Below, one piece after another: positions 13,907-26,850 of a stretch of 64,000 nt of DNA. Where the stretch lies: contig NC_043003.1 in the NCBI RefSeq assembly GCF_006345805.1, positions 26,226,001 through 26,290,000 on the forward strand. Direction: 5' to 3'. The translations under genes and the position numbers were made by a program. The notes beneath the pieces are model-generated. The model was given only the letters and a program-made list of their open reading frames with translations. It had not been told where the DNA came from and ran no database searches. Source of the DNA: Octopus sinensis. Taxonomy: Eukaryota. Each line of letters opens with the position of its first letter. The first letter of the stretch is position 1.

Positions 13907-13997
13907 ATTCTTTTAACAAGGCATCCTCCGCTTCGGCATGCCGCCAGCCATCCGTAGTGTCTTGGTCTTCTTTTACCGTTTTACTCTGTAACTCCAT
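13907..13997 (-). CDS. Probable first coding exon of an unidentified gene (MELQSKTVKEDQDTTDGWRHAEAEDALLKE, phase-1 intron follows)
   Basis: GGAATGG start context, in-frame upstream stop at 14091-14093, non-repetitive protein-like composition, perfect GTAAGT donor at 13906-13901 exactly where complexity drops into microsatellite, inside the CpG-rich domain with a (CAG)/(GCC) leader. Confidence 0.55.
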
Positions 13998-14124
13998 TCC
14001 AGTCGGTTGGAAGCCCGCCCAGAACGGTGCTGGCAGTGCAACGGCGGCGGCGGCGGCGGAGACGGCAGCTGCTGCTGCTGCTGTTCCTGATTATGACGTT
14101 CGTGGTACTGGTGGCAGTGTTATT

Positions 14125-14425
14125 GTTGGTTTAACACCCTAACAGGCCCGGGCCCTGATCGAGCAGACCTACGATCTACAATATTCATCCAAGCCATTAC
14201 TATACAGGATTATTATTACTTTTTTTTTCTTTTTTTGTTGTTACTATTTATTTTCGTTTCCAGGAAAACCGTACTCCAGGGTACATTATCCAATGTTTTG
14301 TTTTCGATGATGTTGCTTTTCTCCTTCTTTTAAAAAGACAGCAGTGTTTGATTTGAGGTAGATTAAGCTGCTGTTTCTAGCAAGTAGACTGAACGATCAT
14401 GTCGTGGTTTCTTCGTTGGCTCGTT
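14125..14425 (-). mobile_element. Old retroposon family D with (CAA)n tail
   Basis: Recurring gctagaaatagcagccaaatct...gatcataggtctgctcgatcagggctgacctggggctaaacaacaac; other copies near 1.6, 3.4, 9.9, 15.3, 25.8, 26.0, 27.2, 29.0, 35.3, 49.0, 54.0 and 56.6 kb. Confidence 0.7.
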
Positions 14426-15705
14426 ATCAAAAGTGGTGACTGGGAGAGGGACAAGCTTTGGGCTCCGAGGGTCAGAACATCATCAGCACTAATGACAGCA
14501 GAAGCGAGGACGAGGTGGGGGAAGGCGTTATTGGTTGTGAACACTTTGTAACATTAAATATATTGAAAGAGAGAGAGAGAGAGAGAGAGTAGTGGGTAGG
14601 GTTTAGTTTTCGGTGTAAAGTCCGGTTGAGATGTTTCCTTGTTTTAAGAGTGTTCTGCTCTGTATTTACAGAGCAGAACAGGTCGCTATGTTAAACAACA
14701 AAAACAGCAGCAGCTGTGACGACAACATTTGACGCCTTGTCAATAACACTGTCACAAAAAGTATTTCCTCGGAGCCTCCGAGTGGTCGCCTGACCTGCTA
14801 GCAACAGCAGCCAAATTTCTCAAACCGCAATGCAGTCCTACACACCTAGAAAGACGGGAGTTGTCATGTTTTGGAAGAGCTTTCATCATACAGAGACGTC
14901 CGTTCGTTCGTTCGATTACAGTTTATCAATCATCGTAGGCAATGAATTTTGTAATTGTTGTTGTATTGTAGATTAAACAATGCATTTTGTGAACAAAAGC
15001 GTCGTTAATTATAGGTTTGTAAATCGTTAATCTTTAATGCACTGCCTTCTTGATGTCGACAGCGACTCGGAAATGTCTGTACAACTCGGGCGGAATAAAT
15101 ATCACAAGGTATTTTGATTGGCAGTTATCTCGCAGATGTAGGCAAGCACGCACGCACACACACGCACACATATATACAAATATACGTTTCTCTGAAAACT
15201 CATTCATATCTGCGTAAAGAGCGATTAATTACGAGCCAACGAAAGAGAGACAAACTACATTGCTGGCTATGAATCTGCTAGAAAGAACGACCAAACTATC
15301 CTCAAGTCACAACGAAGAAGAGAAAAAAAAGTGGACACGCATTCAATCATGCAGTCCTAAATACACAATATCTCGAAAAAGGAAAAAAAAGCAGGAAAAG
15401 AAAAGAAAAAACCAGATGGTTACAGATGGGACAAGGCTAACCTAAAGCTAAATAATAATTTTACTATCATAGCATGCATCTTTCTTCGCATGTGTATGTG
15501 GTTAAATAGTAAACATAACTATATGGCACGTATCTGTTGTTCGGTTCAAAGTTAGCTTTCATTGAAAAGAGCACGGGCAAAGGTGCTCTGGCCATAACCA
15601 TTCCGTCATCAGTTTATCTCAGAATAATTTATTTTATATTATTTCATTTTTAAAGTGGCAGTGTGTGTGACTGTTATTTCTAACAGGATAAGCGATCATT
15701 TAGAT

Positions 15706-15820
15706 CGGTCATGGGAAACCTTTTTCGAGAAGCGGGTAGCATGAGACATGACTCATCATCAGGCGGGCCGCACTATTAGAAAAAAAAAAAAATTCCTATG
15801 ACCAAGTTTGCCTATGACCG
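15706..15820. mobile_element. hAT-type MITE (115 bp)
   Basis: TIRs cggtcatgggaaac / gtttgcctatgaccg; perfect 8-bp TSD atttagat at 15698-15705 and 15821-15828. Confidence 0.8.
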
Positions 15821-16088
15821 ATTTAGATTCTTCCTCGTGGATCGGGCACATGTGAGTGTGCATGCTATAACGCAGTTATTTAATCCTCTCATGCTGAAGG
15901 GTGTCACGAGAAGTTTAAACTAATATTTCGTGTTTCATATTTTTAACAGAGACTGAAGGGCCACCTCGAATAAGGGAAGATGTGGGTGTCAGATGCAATA
16001 TGACACAATTGTAAAGCACCCTGGCTCCACCAATGGGTGACGCGAAAAGACACCTGATTAAAGGGAGTTATTACAGTTGGGATATATG

Positions 16089-16207
16089 CACTAGCGTAGC
16101 TAAAGTGTGTGTCGCCCGGAGCCCACAAAAGACATTATCTACAGCAGATCTAAAAGTGTCGCCCGGGGCGGAGCGCCCCTACCGTCTCTCCCATAGCTAG
16201 GCTAGTG
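16089..16207. mobile_element. hAT (Tip100-like) MITE (~119 bp)
   Basis: 14-bp TIRs cactagcgtagcta / tagctaggctagtg (1 mismatch); internal direct repeat gtgtcgcccgg; degenerate 8-bp TSD. Confidence 0.65.
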
Positions 16208-16232
16208 TATATATAGCCTCTGGTCTACCTTA

Positions 16233-16531
16233 GTGACGGCGCGTGATTAGGATATTCAGGTCACGGTTGTAAGGCCCTGGGTTCGATTCCCGCAACGCGT
16301 TGTGTCCTTGAGCAAGACACTATTTCCCGTTGTTCCAATCCACTCAGCTGGCAAAAACGAGGTGTACGTGTAATTCAAAGAGCCAGCCCTGTCCCATTCT
16401 GTGTCACGCTGAATCGTCCTGAGAACTACGTTAAGGGTACGCATGTCTGCAGAGAGCTCACCCACTTGCACGCTAATTTCGGGAACAGGCTGTTCCGTTG
16501 ATCCTCCGTCGTCGCAACTGACGGAGTGCCA
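16233..16531 (+). mobile_element. tRNA-derived SINE with CORE-like segment
   Basis: B box gggttcgattccc, gtgtccttgagcaagacact, tail cgtcgtcgcaactgacggagtgccag. Confidence 0.75.
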
Positions 16532-17439
16532 GTTTAGTCTACCTTAAACACAGGTGTGTGTGTGTATGTATAAACACGCAATTTACTTCAGCTCTCAACA
16601 GAACACAACCCATCTGGAAGATAGTAACTCCAAATGAAAACTGATACACACAGAGTATACAGAGTTCTTGCTGCAGACAACTTGTCCAGTACCAATGGGA
16701 CGATATAATGTGCATATACTGTCCATACTGTAAAAATTATAAGCATAAAAAAGTGGGGAGGTGGGGTTTGCGTTTACCAACTGCAACAAAGGGCTGCAAT
16801 GAAACGTTATATAAGGACGTACGGGGCCAACTACTGTAAGCAGGATAGGGAGTAAAACGATGATCGCGCGCACAATGGGCACTCCATCGCCTTCGACGAT
16901 GAATATTCCAGCTGTTCGATCAACTAAATCACTAACTTTATTCGTTTGTAAGTGGCTGGGTATTTCGCAGTCACTTGTTCGCTTGATGTAACCCGTAAAG
17001 CATGAATCAGTACGGGCTTCCAAGTCTCCGTTAACCTTATTTCACTTACAAGGTTTGACTCAATACGACGCCATGAGTGAGGGGGAGGGGGGCACTTGCT
17101 CAAGATGCCACAAAGTGAGAGTGAACGCAGGGCATCTTCATTAAGAAGCAAACTTCTTAATCAATAGGTCCAGCTGACGCATACAAGCACGTGCAACCAG
17201 ACAACGCATATTACACCTGTTCGTTCCCCCTCTTTATTATCCCTTCACTTCACCTCTCCGGCTGAACCTTACAAATAACCTCTTTCCTCTCCACCAAGAG
17301 TGAGTCTTTACACGCATATCTATCTATCTATCTGTGTGTGTGTGTGTATATATAACATTGAGTAATCCTCCAGTTTAATAAATTGTTTTCATGACGTGAC
17401 ACAAAAAATTGTGTGTATATATATGCGTGCATATGTAAA

Positions 17440-17473
<34 letters not shown>

Positions 17474-17939
17474 TACACACACACACACACACACATTTAT
17501 ACATATATACATGATCACTAACACATATCTAAGGCCATCCTGGACCCACATCTGCAGGGCAAACTCGTGTGCGTTGTTTGCTGGATACCATTTAAAAAAA
17601 CTTTATTTGCTTATTTTTAATGTATAGCATCACTAATTATTAGCTCAACCGGATTTATGGAGACAGTAGACGACTCTCAGTCTGGTTATAAGGTATTCCA
17701 GATGTTATATTTGGGACGCAAGAAACAAGTGCATTTTGGAGTCTTAAAATCCAAGAAGAAAATTTTGATGCGGGGGGGGGGGGCAGAATCAGAAATTTTG
17801 ACATTTGATAGCACTTGCCATTCCTCTTTTCATTCTTCCTTCTTGCCAATGTTTACGGCTCAACTTCATATAATATTTTATATATATATATGTATGTATG
17901 TATGTAGAGAGAGAAGACAAATAGAAGAGACAGATGTAT

Positions 17940-18300
17940 GTTTTACTTTCTTCAATCATTGAACAGCAGCCATGCTGGGGCACTGCCTTGAAGGGTTTTA
18001 GTTGAACAAAACCCCACTACTTATTTTTAAGCCTGGAACTTATTCTATCAGAGTCTTTTGCCGAATTACTAAGTTACAAAAATGTAAACATGCTAACACT
18101 AGTTGACAATCAGTAACAGGGGGACAAACCACACACACACATGGGGGCTTCTACACAGTTTCTTTCTGTCTAGCAAATTCACTCAAGGCATTAAGCTGGT
18201 GCAAATCGATAGCAGAAGACACTCATTCTATCACGCAGTGGCCTGCAACCATATGGTTGCAAAGCAAGCTTCATCTTAACCACACAGCAATGCCTGTGCA
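17940..18300 (-). mobile_element. SINE family A (degenerate)
   Basis: Reverse match to family A tail and head. Confidence 0.75.
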
Positions 18301-19272
18301 CACACACAAATTTTAGTTGTTTGAAAAAGGGGATATTCAATATCAACAATGAAGCCTCTGCAGAAATTTTATTTATATTATATATATAAACATCAAGCCC
18401 TGTGACAGCACTGAAACTGCATATCTATTATACTCTGGCTGATACCATCACCATTTATGCAGCATAATGCACTTGATGTTTATATCAGGATAGGCTATAT
18501 AAATGGTTTACAGGTATAAAGTAACACTTTTATTCTTGATAAATATCACACACGTTCCACTGATAATTAGTAGGTAACTCAGCCCAGTAAATACACACGC
18601 ACGCATATGTATGAGAGAGGTGGGGATGAGACAATTAGGAAGGTACAGCAGGAGAAGGCAGGGTAGTGGATTATGACAAGAATTAATCCTAAGTATATGA
18701 ATAATCATAAAGTAATGACTAACATTTAAATGTAAATGACAAGACATTAGAAGAGAGAGAGAGAGAGAGGGATAATTAAAACAAGAGGCTAATAATGACA
18801 ATGTGTCCAGACATCTTTTTACAGAGTGCTGCAGAAAAACATCCCATATTTTACACAGCAATTAATACAATGCTACTGAAGCTAGGAAGGTGCTAATGGT
18901 GACTTGTAGCTCATGTTTTACCATTTCTTTTCTAGTTACCATTATCTTTTGACTGATGCATATTATGTGTGCTGTTGAAACACCTACCAAGAATGCTGAA
19001 TTTGGGAGTTTCTTTTCTGCTGTAACCTGTACTAGACTTTGAGTAAATTATTTTTCAAAATATTTAGTAAACATGATATATAAATAGATGATATATTCAT
19101 ATACACATGCATGCATCAAATAATAGCATGTGTTGGTACATGTAGGTTGTTTTTGAGCTCTAGAACAGTCCTACCAACAACTAAATAGTGAAATTTGTTC
19201 TATATTTTTCATTACCACATCCTGGCTTTCTGATAATGAAAAATTTCTAAATTGCATGACTTTTTTCTTTAG

Positions 19273-19369
19273 ATTGAATTTTATGAAAAGAATTAGCTTC
19301 ATTTACAATTTGAGATAATTAGTGATATGGGTTACACCTGCTGAGACATTAAATTGTCAAGCCTGAAAG
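19273..19369 (+). other. Candidate non-coding exon
   Basis: Strong acceptor ttttttctttag and donor AAG|gtgagt 97 nt apart; stops in all three frames. Confidence 0.3.
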
Positions 19370-20409
19370 GTGAGTGCAGCTATACTTTCAGTATTATCTT
19401 GTGTAGATGGTCTTCAGTTAACATTTTCTGGCAATCTGAGGCTAATTAAAGAAGTGCATTTTGTACAAGTTCAATCTTTTATGTTACGTCTAATGCTAGC
19501 AGGGTCCATGCTGCTCTTGTATATTCACAATGATGTTAACTCGCAGAGCAATTAATTGGTTGGCCAATTCCTGAACAAGTTCTGTCCAGAAGTAGTGCCA
19601 ATTGATTATTTAAGAATGTGGTTCCTTTGCTGTTTATGACTAGTGGAAGGAAGGAAAAAGGTATCCTTAAACTGAACCTAAAAGTTCACAAGAACCTAGT
19701 GGTAGCATTAAACCAAGTGACAGATTATGTATCCCTATGGTGCCTCCAAAAGGCTTCCACACAATTCCTGTCTACCAAATTCGCTCACAAGGCTTTAGTT
19801 GTCCTAAAGCTTTACTAAAACAGACTAGAAGTAGAGATAATCCAAGTTAAGAAAGGAGTTTACAAAAACATCGATAGCAGCATAATCTTGTGAAGGTTCA
19901 ACCATTTTCTCTTGTCTTTGTTATAGCATGAAATTCTCCCCCCACTAATAAACAAACCCCTCCCACAAAACTTCACATGCATATCATTAGAACAATATCA
20001 TAAAACATTTTAATTAAGTGTATTCATATCTTTCAACTGATGTTTTAATACAATTACAACACAGTATAAAGTCCATAAAAGGTTCATAGGTTTGATTAAG
20101 TTGTTATGTCATCACATTATCATGAGTTGGGGGTTGCCATATCAAGGTGATTTTTCAGTATTCTCAATGCATTAAATTGGTATACTTACAACAATTAACC
20201 CTGTCCTTATATGAGATATCTTCTAATGGGGCTAACTCCCTAACTGTTATGATGTCTTTTCAATCACAAGGAAAACAAAAGTAAGCATGTTGGTGAATTG
20301 ATACAAACAGTTTGAATTTTTGGACAAAAAGGGTCATCTTCATTATAAATGTTCCCTTTCCACAGAGGGGACAAGAAAAGCCAGTTTGGTAACTCATTCC
20401 AGCAGCTGT

Positions 20410-20754
20410 AACCACATGGTTCCAGGTTCAGTCCCACTGTGTGGCACCTTGGGCAAGTGTCTTCTACTATAGCTTTGGGCCGACCAAAGCCTTGTGAGTG
20501 GATTTAGTAGACAGAAACTGAAAGAAGCCTGTCGTGTATATGTGTGTGTGTTTGTGTGTCTGTGTTTGCCCCCCCCCCCCCATGTTACTTGACAACTGAT
20601 GCTGGTGTGTTTACGTCCCCGTAACTTAGTGGTTCGGCAAAAGAGATTGATAGAATAAGTACTAGGCTTACACAGAATAAGGGGACAATTTGGTCAACTA
20701 AAGGCAGTGCTCCAGCATGGCCACAGTCAAATGACTGAAACAAGTAAAAGAGTA
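20410..20754 (+). mobile_element. SINE family A (young, 5'-clipped)
   Basis: High similarity to the 2156-2537 copy. Confidence 0.9.
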
Positions 20755-20864
20755 TGCATATAGAATGTAAGACATTGAGCAGAAAACATTCCTATGCAAA
20801 GATCAGAGGATTTTTGGATTCTGCAATCCATAGTCCAGTTTCCAAATTATCTACACCAACTTAA

Positions 20865-21505
20865 CCATTTTGATTCCAACCCACTTGAGACTGCCCTTTG
20901 TTATATAATGCAAACCCCCCATTTTAAAGTGATCTAAATTATAACCATCCATCAAACTTTTATGTTAATTTGTTCCAAACATCAGCTTATTATTTTACAA
21001 ATTCTTCATTATTTTCGAAAATTAATTGAAAAAAATAAATTAATAAAAGAGTAGAGTCAGTCCTTTTATATGGAGTTCACTAAAAAATCTGGAATCCAAG
21101 CAAGACTGAACTTGCACCTGAATGTTAAGAGCAGTCTTGAAGATATCTTGGAGAACTCATGCCACCAAGAAACAGCTGTGTAGAGATTGCCTGCCGATCA
21201 CTGCCATTATAAGGGAAAGGTGCTTGCACTTTGTAGGACATTGTTGGCATGTTAAACAAAAGATGGCAAGTGATCTACTGCTATGGATACCAGATATTGG
21301 CCATATCCAAGCAGGTCATCCCAACACAAGATATGTAGATCAATTCACCAGAGACACTGGATACCTCCCAGCAGACTTTTCTCAACTAGTGCAGAACCAA
21401 GATAGATGGCATATGCAGGTTAAAATTATCTGAACAAGCTCAACCAGGTGATGATGAATTGAAACAAGGGTAGTGTTTTTCAACAGAAATATGGTAATAA
21501 AAGGG
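20865..21505. mobile_element. TTAA-flanked MITE interrupted by an RTE LINE
   Basis: ttaa-ccattttgattccaacc ... caacagaaatatggtaataaaaggg-tcaa; same family as 56815-57035. Confidence 0.75.
21032..21456 (+). mobile_element. 5'-truncated RTE-clade LINE (ORF2 C-terminus)
   Basis: VESVLLYG...MLRAVLKISWRTH...IRERCLHFVGHCW...LLLW.P...GHP...YVDQ...DRW; (TGA)n tail; TSD aattgaaa at 21024-21031 and 21457-21464. Confidence 0.85.
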
Positions 21506-22637
21506 TCAATGCTCACACTGCCCATTTCTAGTAGGGTGGTATCAGATTGGGTAACTAGTTGTATTCAGAAGATAAAAAGAGTTCCTAAATTGGCATGGAC
21601 ATATCCAGGTAAGCTAAAGCTAGAAGACAAATGTGGTCAACCAAGAAATGATAGTCAATGAAAAACTGTTGACATAAGGGAAAGCCAATCAAAAATGGTA
21701 CTTTTTCATCAATAGCAATCAACAGATTAATTATTACTTGACAATGAAGGTAATGGACTCAAAAATTACGTTTATATGGCCAAAGGAATTCATAGATCTA
21801 ATTGGCTGATGTGGTTTTGGTCAAATGTTGCATGCAGCAATAGAACTTGATAATGTATGGTAATGAGACCCAGGCTGAGATTTCAACCATAGCTTTACTC
21901 TTTAACTGAGTAACTGCTGGTTGTGACATCGTTTTCATGTTTAATCTCCCTTTTGTATTTTATAACAGGGCCAAAACATTAATGACTTCCTTATTTCCTG
22001 AGTATCAAACTAATACACCTTGCTTGTTGTTCCCTCACCTTTCAGTTTTTTTGGGGTTTTTTTGTACAATTCTGGACCACGCAAACTAGAAAATTAGAAA
22101 AGTGAGGTTTTGGCAAAATTTCAATATCATAGTCAATCATTTTATATTACATATTTGATTGCACCTTGCATTGAGTCCTTTGTTCAGTTGATGTTAGTTG
22201 TTTTTATGCATTTAAAAACACTCACTCGCACACACAGATAATTCACCTGTGCCTACAAATCAATTAGAATTGATAAGAAGATACAGTTGTGTTTGTACAT
22301 ATTTATCAAGGACACAAATATGAGAGTGTGATATGGAGAGAGAGAGAGAGAGAGAGAATGAAATGAGGGAAGAAATATAGAGAAAGAGCAGACGAGAAAG
22401 AGTGAGAAAAATTGAAACTTAAGGAAAAGAAAAAGCACAAAAAGAAAAACTCAGCTGATAACCTTGTAACACAGAGTTAAGCTTAAACCATTTGTAATGT
22501 TCTGTTTTGTAATTAATTTCTACAAGAATTAATTAGTGTGCATACGCATGCACATAACAGTCTTCGGAAAAAATAGAAACTACCTAATTATTTAACAAAG
22601 TTGTATACGTGAGTATGCATACAATTGATTATATATA

Positions 22638-22955
22638 TATCTTTTACTTGTTTGTCAGTGGATTGTGGCCATGCTGGGGCATCACCCTGAAAGATTTCAA
22701 TCAAACAAGTTAACCCAGTGCTTAATTTTTTAAACTTTTGGACTTCTTTTATTGGTCCCTTTTGCTGAATAGCTAAATTACAGAAATGTAAACAAACCAA
22801 CAATGGTTGTCAAGCGGTGGGGTGGCAGACAAACAATAACACAAACACACACGACAGGCTTCTTTCAGTTTCCCTTGTCCAAGGTTCCATGCATTGGGAT
22901 TCCAAGACCTCAGGGTTGGGAAGCAAGTTTGTCAACAACACTGCCATACCCGCAC
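22638..22955 (-). mobile_element. SINE family A (internally deleted)
   Basis: Reverse match to family A tail and head. Confidence 0.75.
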
Positions 22956-23379
22956 CTGGGTGCATATTTCTTTTAAACAAAAGGTAGAACTCTACAGAGG
23001 TGATGGTCCAGCCAGTATACCAGTTTGGGTCTCAGAGAGCCAAAGAGGATATCTCCACACCAGCACAAAAAAAAAAAAAAAAAAAATCACAGCCCCTTTG
23101 AATTTTGAGTAGAACCCCTATTGCTGGAGCCTGAAAGCAATCATGTTGCAACTTGTAAATAACAGACAATCATAAAAACAGCAGTGAGCTGTGAAAGATG
23201 GATTTGGTGTATGTAGCTGATGAAGTATAGCAAAGAAGAAACGCATATCCTACAATCTGATGATGGCATTCATGGTCCAGCTCAGTGTGTTTTCAAACCC
23301 ATTGTCTATAAGGACAATTTCTCTTCTGAGTCAGTTACCACAGGGAAGGTCCGCGTAAGTACCTTGGATTCCACAACAA

Positions 23380-23780
23380 CTTGCTATGCTTGAGGAGACC
23401 TATTGAGTCAAGTACATGAACATCGAAATAAATATCAAATGGAAATAGTAGTTGTGATACCTGTGCCGGTGACACGTAAAAAGCACCATCCGAACGTGGC
23501 CGATGCCAGTGCCACCTTGACTGGCTTCCGTGCCGGTGGCACGTTAAAAGCACCAACCGATCATGGCCGATGCTGGACTCCCCTGGCACCTGTGCCGGTG
23601 GCACGTAAAAAGCACCCACTACACTCGCGGAGTGGTTGACGTTAGGAAGGTCATCCAGCTGTAGAAACACTGCCAGATCGGACTGGAGCCTGGTGCAGCC
23701 CCTGGCTTCCCAGACCCCGGTCGAACCGTCCAACCCGTGGTAGCGCGGAAAACGGACGTTAAACGATGATGATGATGATG
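23380..23780 (+). mobile_element. Family C SINE-like element with internal tandem gtgccggtggcacgtaaaaagcacc units and (GAT)n tail
   Basis: Three internal units, then gttaggaaggtcatccagctgtagaaac and ggacgttaaacgatgatgatg; relatives at 6640, 25135, 29401, 30815, 38280, 50220, 52110, 59760. Confidence 0.85.
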
Positions 23781-24102
23781 TCTAAGTGTATACAAACATG
23801 TTAAATATACACATACACACAGTGCAAAATAATGCACATGCTCGAGGCATACAGAAGTGTGTATGTGTGTATGGGAGTTAGGGGGCACAACAGAAATGTT
23901 AAATAGTTTATGGCACAAAAGATATAACTTTAAACTCACTAAAATAATATTCGAAGTGGTTTTTATGATCGGAAATATAATCTCGAAGTGTTTATGATGT
24001 CAAAACAAAAATAAAACATTTTCTATCTTACTGTTAGTTTTGTTTGATTTTGAAAAACTAAAAATTGTTTCATGGTTTATAGTTGTTTACCTTTTGAATT
24101 GA

Positions 24103-24143
<41 letters not shown>

Positions 24144-24354
24144 AAGGGGCTGCTGAAAAGTTCCAGGCTTTAAGGGTATTGCGAAAGGCCTGGTTGGAGG
24201 TCCAACCTTCAGAGTTCTTTTAGAGGGCTTAGAAAAACTGAAGGACTGCTGCAATAAGTGTGAATCTGAGAGAGGATTATATTGAATAAAATTGTAATTA
24301 ACTGATCCTCCTAGATTTTATTTTACCCAAAACCAGGAAATTTTCACCACCACC
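24144..24354 (+). mobile_element. Mariner-derived MITE in (TA)n
   Basis: TIR ggggctgctgaaaagttccagg / ccaggaaattttcaccacc; interior keeps the transposase C-terminus; sister of 43902-44117. Confidence 0.8.
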
Positions 24355-25134
24355 ACCCCCATCGTATATATAGGGGCACTAAAATCTTTAGAGCCTCTAC
24401 GTGTCTTAATCTAACTCCCATGTATGCACATGCACACACACAAAGTATTATGAACTGAAAGCAAGAGAGGACAGAAACAGATAAAGACAGAGGGAAAGAG
24501 TTGGGTAATAGCGGTAGTGAGATAACAAATGGATTAAAATAGAACCTGTTTAGAAGTAGAACTCTGTCACTCCACACACACACACACCGATAAAGGTAAA
24601 TAAAAAACAAAGAACCAAATACAAATACCTGTCAGAAAAAAGTCCTTGTTAAAATAATGTTGCTAAAAAAAAAATGAACAATTAGCACCTCATTATTTGG
24701 GGTTGTATTGGTTGTGATGTTAATTATGTTTGATGGTGCTTGGGGAGGAAACAGATTTGTAAGTAGAGATTGGTGCAAAGAGCTGACAGGTAAATCACTA
24801 TAATATGGAGAATTAGTGAATAATCAATTAGTAATCCATGCTCTGATGCACCTGTACATCAATACAGCCAGCCAGGTAAGAGCGGATGGTATTGCTACTG
24901 TTGTTGCAGAGGTGCAGTCATGGCTGTGTGGTTGAGAAGTTTGCTTGCAAACCACATGGTTTCAGGTACAGTCCCACTGTGTGGCACCCATCCAGGAGTT
25001 CATCTTGGTTTGTTTAACATGAGTGACAGTGTACAATATTTATTTCTAAATGGGATGCTAGTCTGTGGCAGGTTGTACTCAACTATTGCCAGGAGTAAAC
25101 AGATGAGCAGATTGAAGTAGCATGAAATATTTTG

Positions 25135-25470
25135 TTTATCATCATCATCATCATTTAATGTTTGCTTTCCATGCGGGCATGGGTTGGATGGTTTGACAGG
25201 AGCCAGCCAGGTAGAAGACTACCCCAGACTACTGTGTCTGTTTTGGCATGGTTTTTACAGTTGGATGCCTTTCTTAACACCAACCACTCCACAGAGTGAA
25301 CAGTGCTTTTTACATGGCACCAGCACAGGTGAGGTCAGTTTTGACATGGTTTTTACAGCTGGATGCCCTTCCAAATGCCAACCACTTAACAGTGTGAACT
25401 GGATGCTTTTTACATGACAACAGGACTGGGAGGGTCACCAAGTAACTTGCAAGACAAAGAAATTTTGAGA
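25135..25470 (-). mobile_element. Family C element
   Basis: (CAT)n tail and duplicated tacagctggatgccct module, very similar to 6640-6880. Confidence 0.8.
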
Positions 25471-26552
25471 GGGGAGGATCTTGTGACAGAGAGACAACAA
25501 CATATGTCTTGCTGTAGAGGAGGGAATGCAAAATGGTGCTCGGTTTGAGGATTGAAAACACAATTTTACGATCATGCCATGCAGTGAGTCATTTGTCTTC
25601 ACTGAATGAAATGTGGCCTTGGAGAAAAGCATATAGATTACAAAGTTACACTTGATGCAGGAATTATATTGTGGTGACTCCGTCTAATCTGGGTAAGCTA
25701 TAGATAACTGAACCTCCTGGGATTTCTGCTCATGAAAAAACTTAAGTATTATCCAAGTAAACATTTCCTTACAAGCATTTATTCTATGAGACAATGGAAT
25801 AGCTGCTACACAGTTGCTTGACTTGATAAAAGTAGCAACCAGACATCTTCTAAATCAAACCCAACCACCATTTATGAAAAAATGGATACATTAAATAATG
25901 TAGGTTGAGAAAATACATAAGGATAGTCATGACTGGAATGTCTACAAAATAGTTGAAGACTGACCTGGAGTTAAACAATAACCACCAGTTATCATAATAC
26001 AAAACGAGCCAATGAAAGAGTCACTAGGTCATCCAATGTGCTAGAAACAGCAGTGACACCTTCAAATTATAACATACTCTCTTAAAGGAAAGAAGGATTA
26101 CAATGCAGTCCTCGCTGATCTGAGATCTTTTTGATTAGGGCTGACCTGGAGTCATTAACAGAATACAAAGCTTTATGAATTCCAGTGGCTTGGAGAAACA
26201 TTTTAGAAATAGTCAAAACATTCTACTTTAGATTTACACGTCATACACCCTATACATCCTTTCCCTATTATGTAGACATACATCCAGTTATGTGGGTGGG
26301 TGTTTCATCAGTCACATTAATCTTGTTAGTCTAGGAAGGACTGCAAAGGTTACAGGCCATGCCCTTCTGCTCCAAATGCATAGTGATTGTGTGTATAAAA
26401 TGCATGTGTGTGTATATGGTATACACACACACACACACATATATATATATAGATACACATACTCACATGGATATGGGCATGCAGGTTTGTGCATTACATT
26501 TATTTGTTCAATGCACATTAAACACCATTGTGTTATAATCGATATGTCAGAT

Positions 26553-26621
26553 AATAATATTAATAACAATAACAATAATAATAATGATAATAATAATAAT
26601 GATAATAATAATAATAATAAT
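26553..26621. repeat. (AAT)n microsatellite
   Basis: Seen directly; source of the poly-N and poly-L ORFs. Confidence 0.95.
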
Positions 26622-26792
26622 ATCATTGACGAGTGATTTAAAATCTCTTTAGGAGGGCTTTATTCCTGTCTAACAGATGCAGTGGGAATGATGCACTTTT
26701 AAGTCTGCCGCTCATTATAGCTGTACCACTTACTAGTAAGTGTATGTGCATGTATATGTATGTATATGTGTGTGAGTACTTGTGTGTGTGTA

Positions 26793-26850
<58 letters not shown>

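Larger units (their letters stand above)
10100..17300. promoter_or_regulatory. CpG-retaining (probably unmethylated) promoter-like domain
   Basis: CG dinucleotides visibly frequent here but scarce in flanks; repeats inside keep consensus CpGs. Not quantified. Confidence 0.55.

Noticed and set aside
13957-14142. Plus-strand poly-Ala ORF
   Set aside because: GTG start, antisense to the better-supported minus exon; explained by trinucleotide repeats.
16595-17023. 142-aa minus-strand ORF
   Set aside because: Non-ATG start, no recognisable domain, no supporting splice sites.
18936-19042. Cys-rich frame with TGA/TAG codons suggesting selenocysteine or editing readthrough
   Set aside because: The frame does not match the candidate upstream exon phase, and I see no SECIS or homology support.
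23212-23254. tgtag-CTGATGA...GAAAC...TC-ctaca hammerhead-like match
   Set aside because: No stem II pairing and a mismatched stem III; compatible with chance.
23460-23620. Spaced direct repeats resembling a CRISPR array (also 50230-50440)
   Set aside because: Internal tandem units of family C; the spacers are homologous, the context is eukaryotic and no cas genes are present.
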